Shown piece by piece: positions 14,359-16,176 of a stretch of 16,176 nucleotides of DNA. The stretch comes from Limisphaerales bacterium (GTDB taxonomy: Bacteria > Verrucomicrobiota > Verrucomicrobiia > Limisphaerales > JAJOIW01). The position numbers were made by a program, and so were the translations under genes. Each line of letters starts with the position of its first letter. Within the stretch, counting starts at the first letter, position 1. The notes below the pieces were generated by a model. That model worked only from the letters and a program-made list of their open reading frames with translations. It made no database searches and had not been told where the DNA came from. The DNA is taken from the NCBI GenBank assembly GCA_965657355.1, contig CBFHOE010000005.1, positions 170,542 to 186,717 on the forward strand, read 5' to 3'.

Positions 14359-15763
14359 TTAATTATCCAAAAGGTTTTTCCACCTTTTCAACTCATTAAG
14401 AATATTATCATAAGAAGGCCCGCCCGTCATACCTCGAGCCTGTAATGACCTTTCCAATTTAAATACTTTTTTGCTCTCACCATCAAATCGCTTATCAATG
14501 GATTTCAATTCTTTCACAGTAAGTTTATCAATGGACTTGTTGTTTTTTTCAGCTAAGGCAACAACACTGCCAACAATGTGATGAGATTCACGAAATGGCA
14601 CACCCTTTAAAACTAGGTGATCAGCCAAGTCCGTTGCCAACAATAGAGGATCCGAGGATGCCTCCGAGCACTTGTTTTTATTAACCTTAATCTCTGACAC
14701 CATCGAGGTAAATATTCTCACTGTGGCCCTTACTGTATCCATACTATCAAACAACTTCTCTTTATCTTCCTGCATATCACGGTTGTATGTCATTGGAAGG
14801 CCTTTTAGCAGCACCAAAAGACCGACTAAATTTCCGACAACGCGACCAGATTTACCGCGAGCCAACTCGGCAACGTCCGGATTTTTCTTTTGGGGCATCA
14901 GTGATGAGCCGGTCGTAAAGCTATCCGAAATTTTGATAAAGTCGAACTCAGAGCTAGACCATAAAATGAGATCTTGTGAAAGTCTTGTAAGGTGAACAGA
15001 AAGGATTGATGCAACGCTGCAAAATTCAACCACATAATCCCTGTCACTTATGGCGTCCATAGAGTTATGTGTCACCAACGGCTCCCCATTATTATCTACA
15101 AAATGAAGTTCTTTTGCTACAAACTCCCGGTCGAGGGGAAGAGTGGAACCGGCAATTGCTCCACTTCCTAAAGGGCAAATAGTTCACGCGGTCCAAACAA
15201 TCTCTTAGCCTGGAATTGTCTCTATTGAGCATTTCCACGTATGCAAGAATGTGATGGGAAAAATAAACTGGTTGAGCTCTCTGCAAATGCGTATATCCCG
15301 GTATTATTACTTTTGTATTATTCTCTGCTAGGGTAAGCAGCGACTTTTGAAGCAAAGCAATTTCCTGACGCAAATCTATAATTTCTTCCCTTAGCCACAT
15401 TCTCACATCAACAGCAACCTGGTCATTTCTTGAGCGACCAGCATGCAATTTCGCACCACAGGGAACCCTTTTAGTTAGCTCGGCTTCAATATTCATGTGA
15501 ACATCCTCGAGATTAGGGTTCCACTGAAATTTACCGTCAGCTATTTCACAACCGATTTCGCTTAATCCTTCCTTGATAGCATTTAACTCACTTGAGGTTA
15601 AGATGCCTATCTTCTTTAACATGGAGGCGTGGGCAATCGATCCCATTATATCGTATTCCCATAAACGGTGATCAAATGAAATAGACTCGCCATAGGTTGC
15701 AACTTCTTCGGAAGGCCCTGATTCAAATCGACCGCTTCTGGAGACGGGACTGTTGCTATTCAT
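14359..15763 (-). pseudogene. argH: Argininosuccinate lyase, interrupted by a single-base insertion near 15177-15182 (possibly a sequencing or assembly error)
   Basis: The N-terminal part has SGRF, EDVHMNIE, HAGRSRNDQV and PGYTHLQRAQP; the C-terminal part has TGSSLMPQKKNPD and YNRDMQEDKE. Removing one base gives a continuous 467-codon frame reading RVN(I/Y)CPLGSGAIAGSTLPLDREFVAKELHF. Confidence 0.93.
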
Positions 15764-15824
15764 TGCACAGTATTGTCCACATCAGCAGGAGGACTGTCAC
15801 GCCCTTAAATTTCTAAATAGTGCA

Positions 15825-15860
15825 AAAATAAAACCTCTGATCGCAATGAATCAGAGGTTT
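15825..15860 (-). terminator. Intrinsic terminator between the last gene and argH
   Basis: Perfect 11-bp inverted repeat AAACCTCTGAT/ATCAGAGGTTT (15831-15841/15850-15860), followed on the minus strand by a T-rich tail (TATTTTT). Confidence 0.8.
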
Positions 15861-15886
15861 GCATTTTGAAAAATTAATCATTTTTG

Positions 15887-16176
15887 CTATAAGGGCAGGC
15901 TGGTTGAGACTAATTGGTGGGCTTCAGTCCACTCAGATACGGCCTTCTTTAATTCGAGTGTAGAGTGATCCAATTCTTTTTTGAGCCGCTCTAGTTCGGT
16001 TTTAATACTAACAACCTTTTCCTTGGAGTCCTGCAATTTTTTATTTGTTGCGAGAATGTATAATCTTTTCTTTTCTTCCCAAACTTTGGCCGCAGAAGAA
16101 AGATTCTGTTTGGCATTTTCAAGGATATGAACCTGCTTTTCCGATAATTTTAGAGAAAGTTTTTTGATGTGATCAT
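15887..16176 (-). CDS. 3' end of a CDS entering from beyond the window (coiled-coil tail; possibly an acyl-CoA/fatty-acid desaturase C-terminus)
   Basis: Stop-free frame from the window edge to TAG at 15889-15887: ...DHIKKLSLKLSEKQVHILENAKQNLSSAAKVWEEKKRLYILATNKKLQDSKEKVVSIKTELERLKKELDHSTLELKKAVSEWTEAHQLVSTSLPL*. A terminator follows. The product guess is weak. Confidence 0.65.
   Translation of the reverse strand, partial: DHIKKLSLKLSEKQVHILENAKQNLSSAAKVWEEKKRLYILATNKKLQDSKEKVVSIKTELERLKKELDHSTLELKKAVSEWTEAHQLVSTSLPL

Noticed and set aside
708..14995. Numerous 60-136-aa alternative ORFs in the track (e.g. 8955-9290, 10007-10339, 11600-12010, 14672-14995)
   Set aside because: They are antisense or out-of-frame shadows of well-supported genes and have no recognisable motifs.
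14359..15763. Two separate genes, or programmed frameshifting, for argH
   Set aside because: The break falls inside a conserved motif, the intervening sequence encodes canonical ArgH in the shifted frame, and there is no slippery site.
1..16176. CRISPR array, IS/transposase, integrase, prophage, rRNA or tRNA
   Set aside because: No regularly spaced repeats, terminal inverted repeats with a transposase, or RNA-gene signatures were seen by eye.

Overview
Gene-dense, AT-leaning bacterial chromosome segment; the gene content suggests Verrucomicrobiota/PVC, which is an inference. From left to right: the 3' part of an ABC-2-type permease and a membrane-anchored TPR-like protein (+). Then a long minus-strand block, listed in transcription order: O-antigen ligase/polymerase-like protein, GT4 glycosyltransferase, DUF362 protein, CapK/PaaK-like adenylate-forming enzyme, FetA/FetB-like ABC pair and rpsT. 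A ~475-bp intergenic region follows, rich in competing helices and containing an unannotated 15-codon hydrophobic ORF with a perfect but sequestered Shine-Dalgarno site; this is a candidate type I toxin-like or small-peptide system. Next come a secreted beta-propeller-like protein and a Gfo/Idh/MocA oxidoreductase (-), panD and a GmhA-like isomerase (+), a squalene/phytoene synthase, argH split by a single extra base, and the 3' end of a further gene (-). Three intrinsic terminators and three sigma70-like promoters are visible. No mobile element, CRISPR array, tRNA or rRNA was seen.
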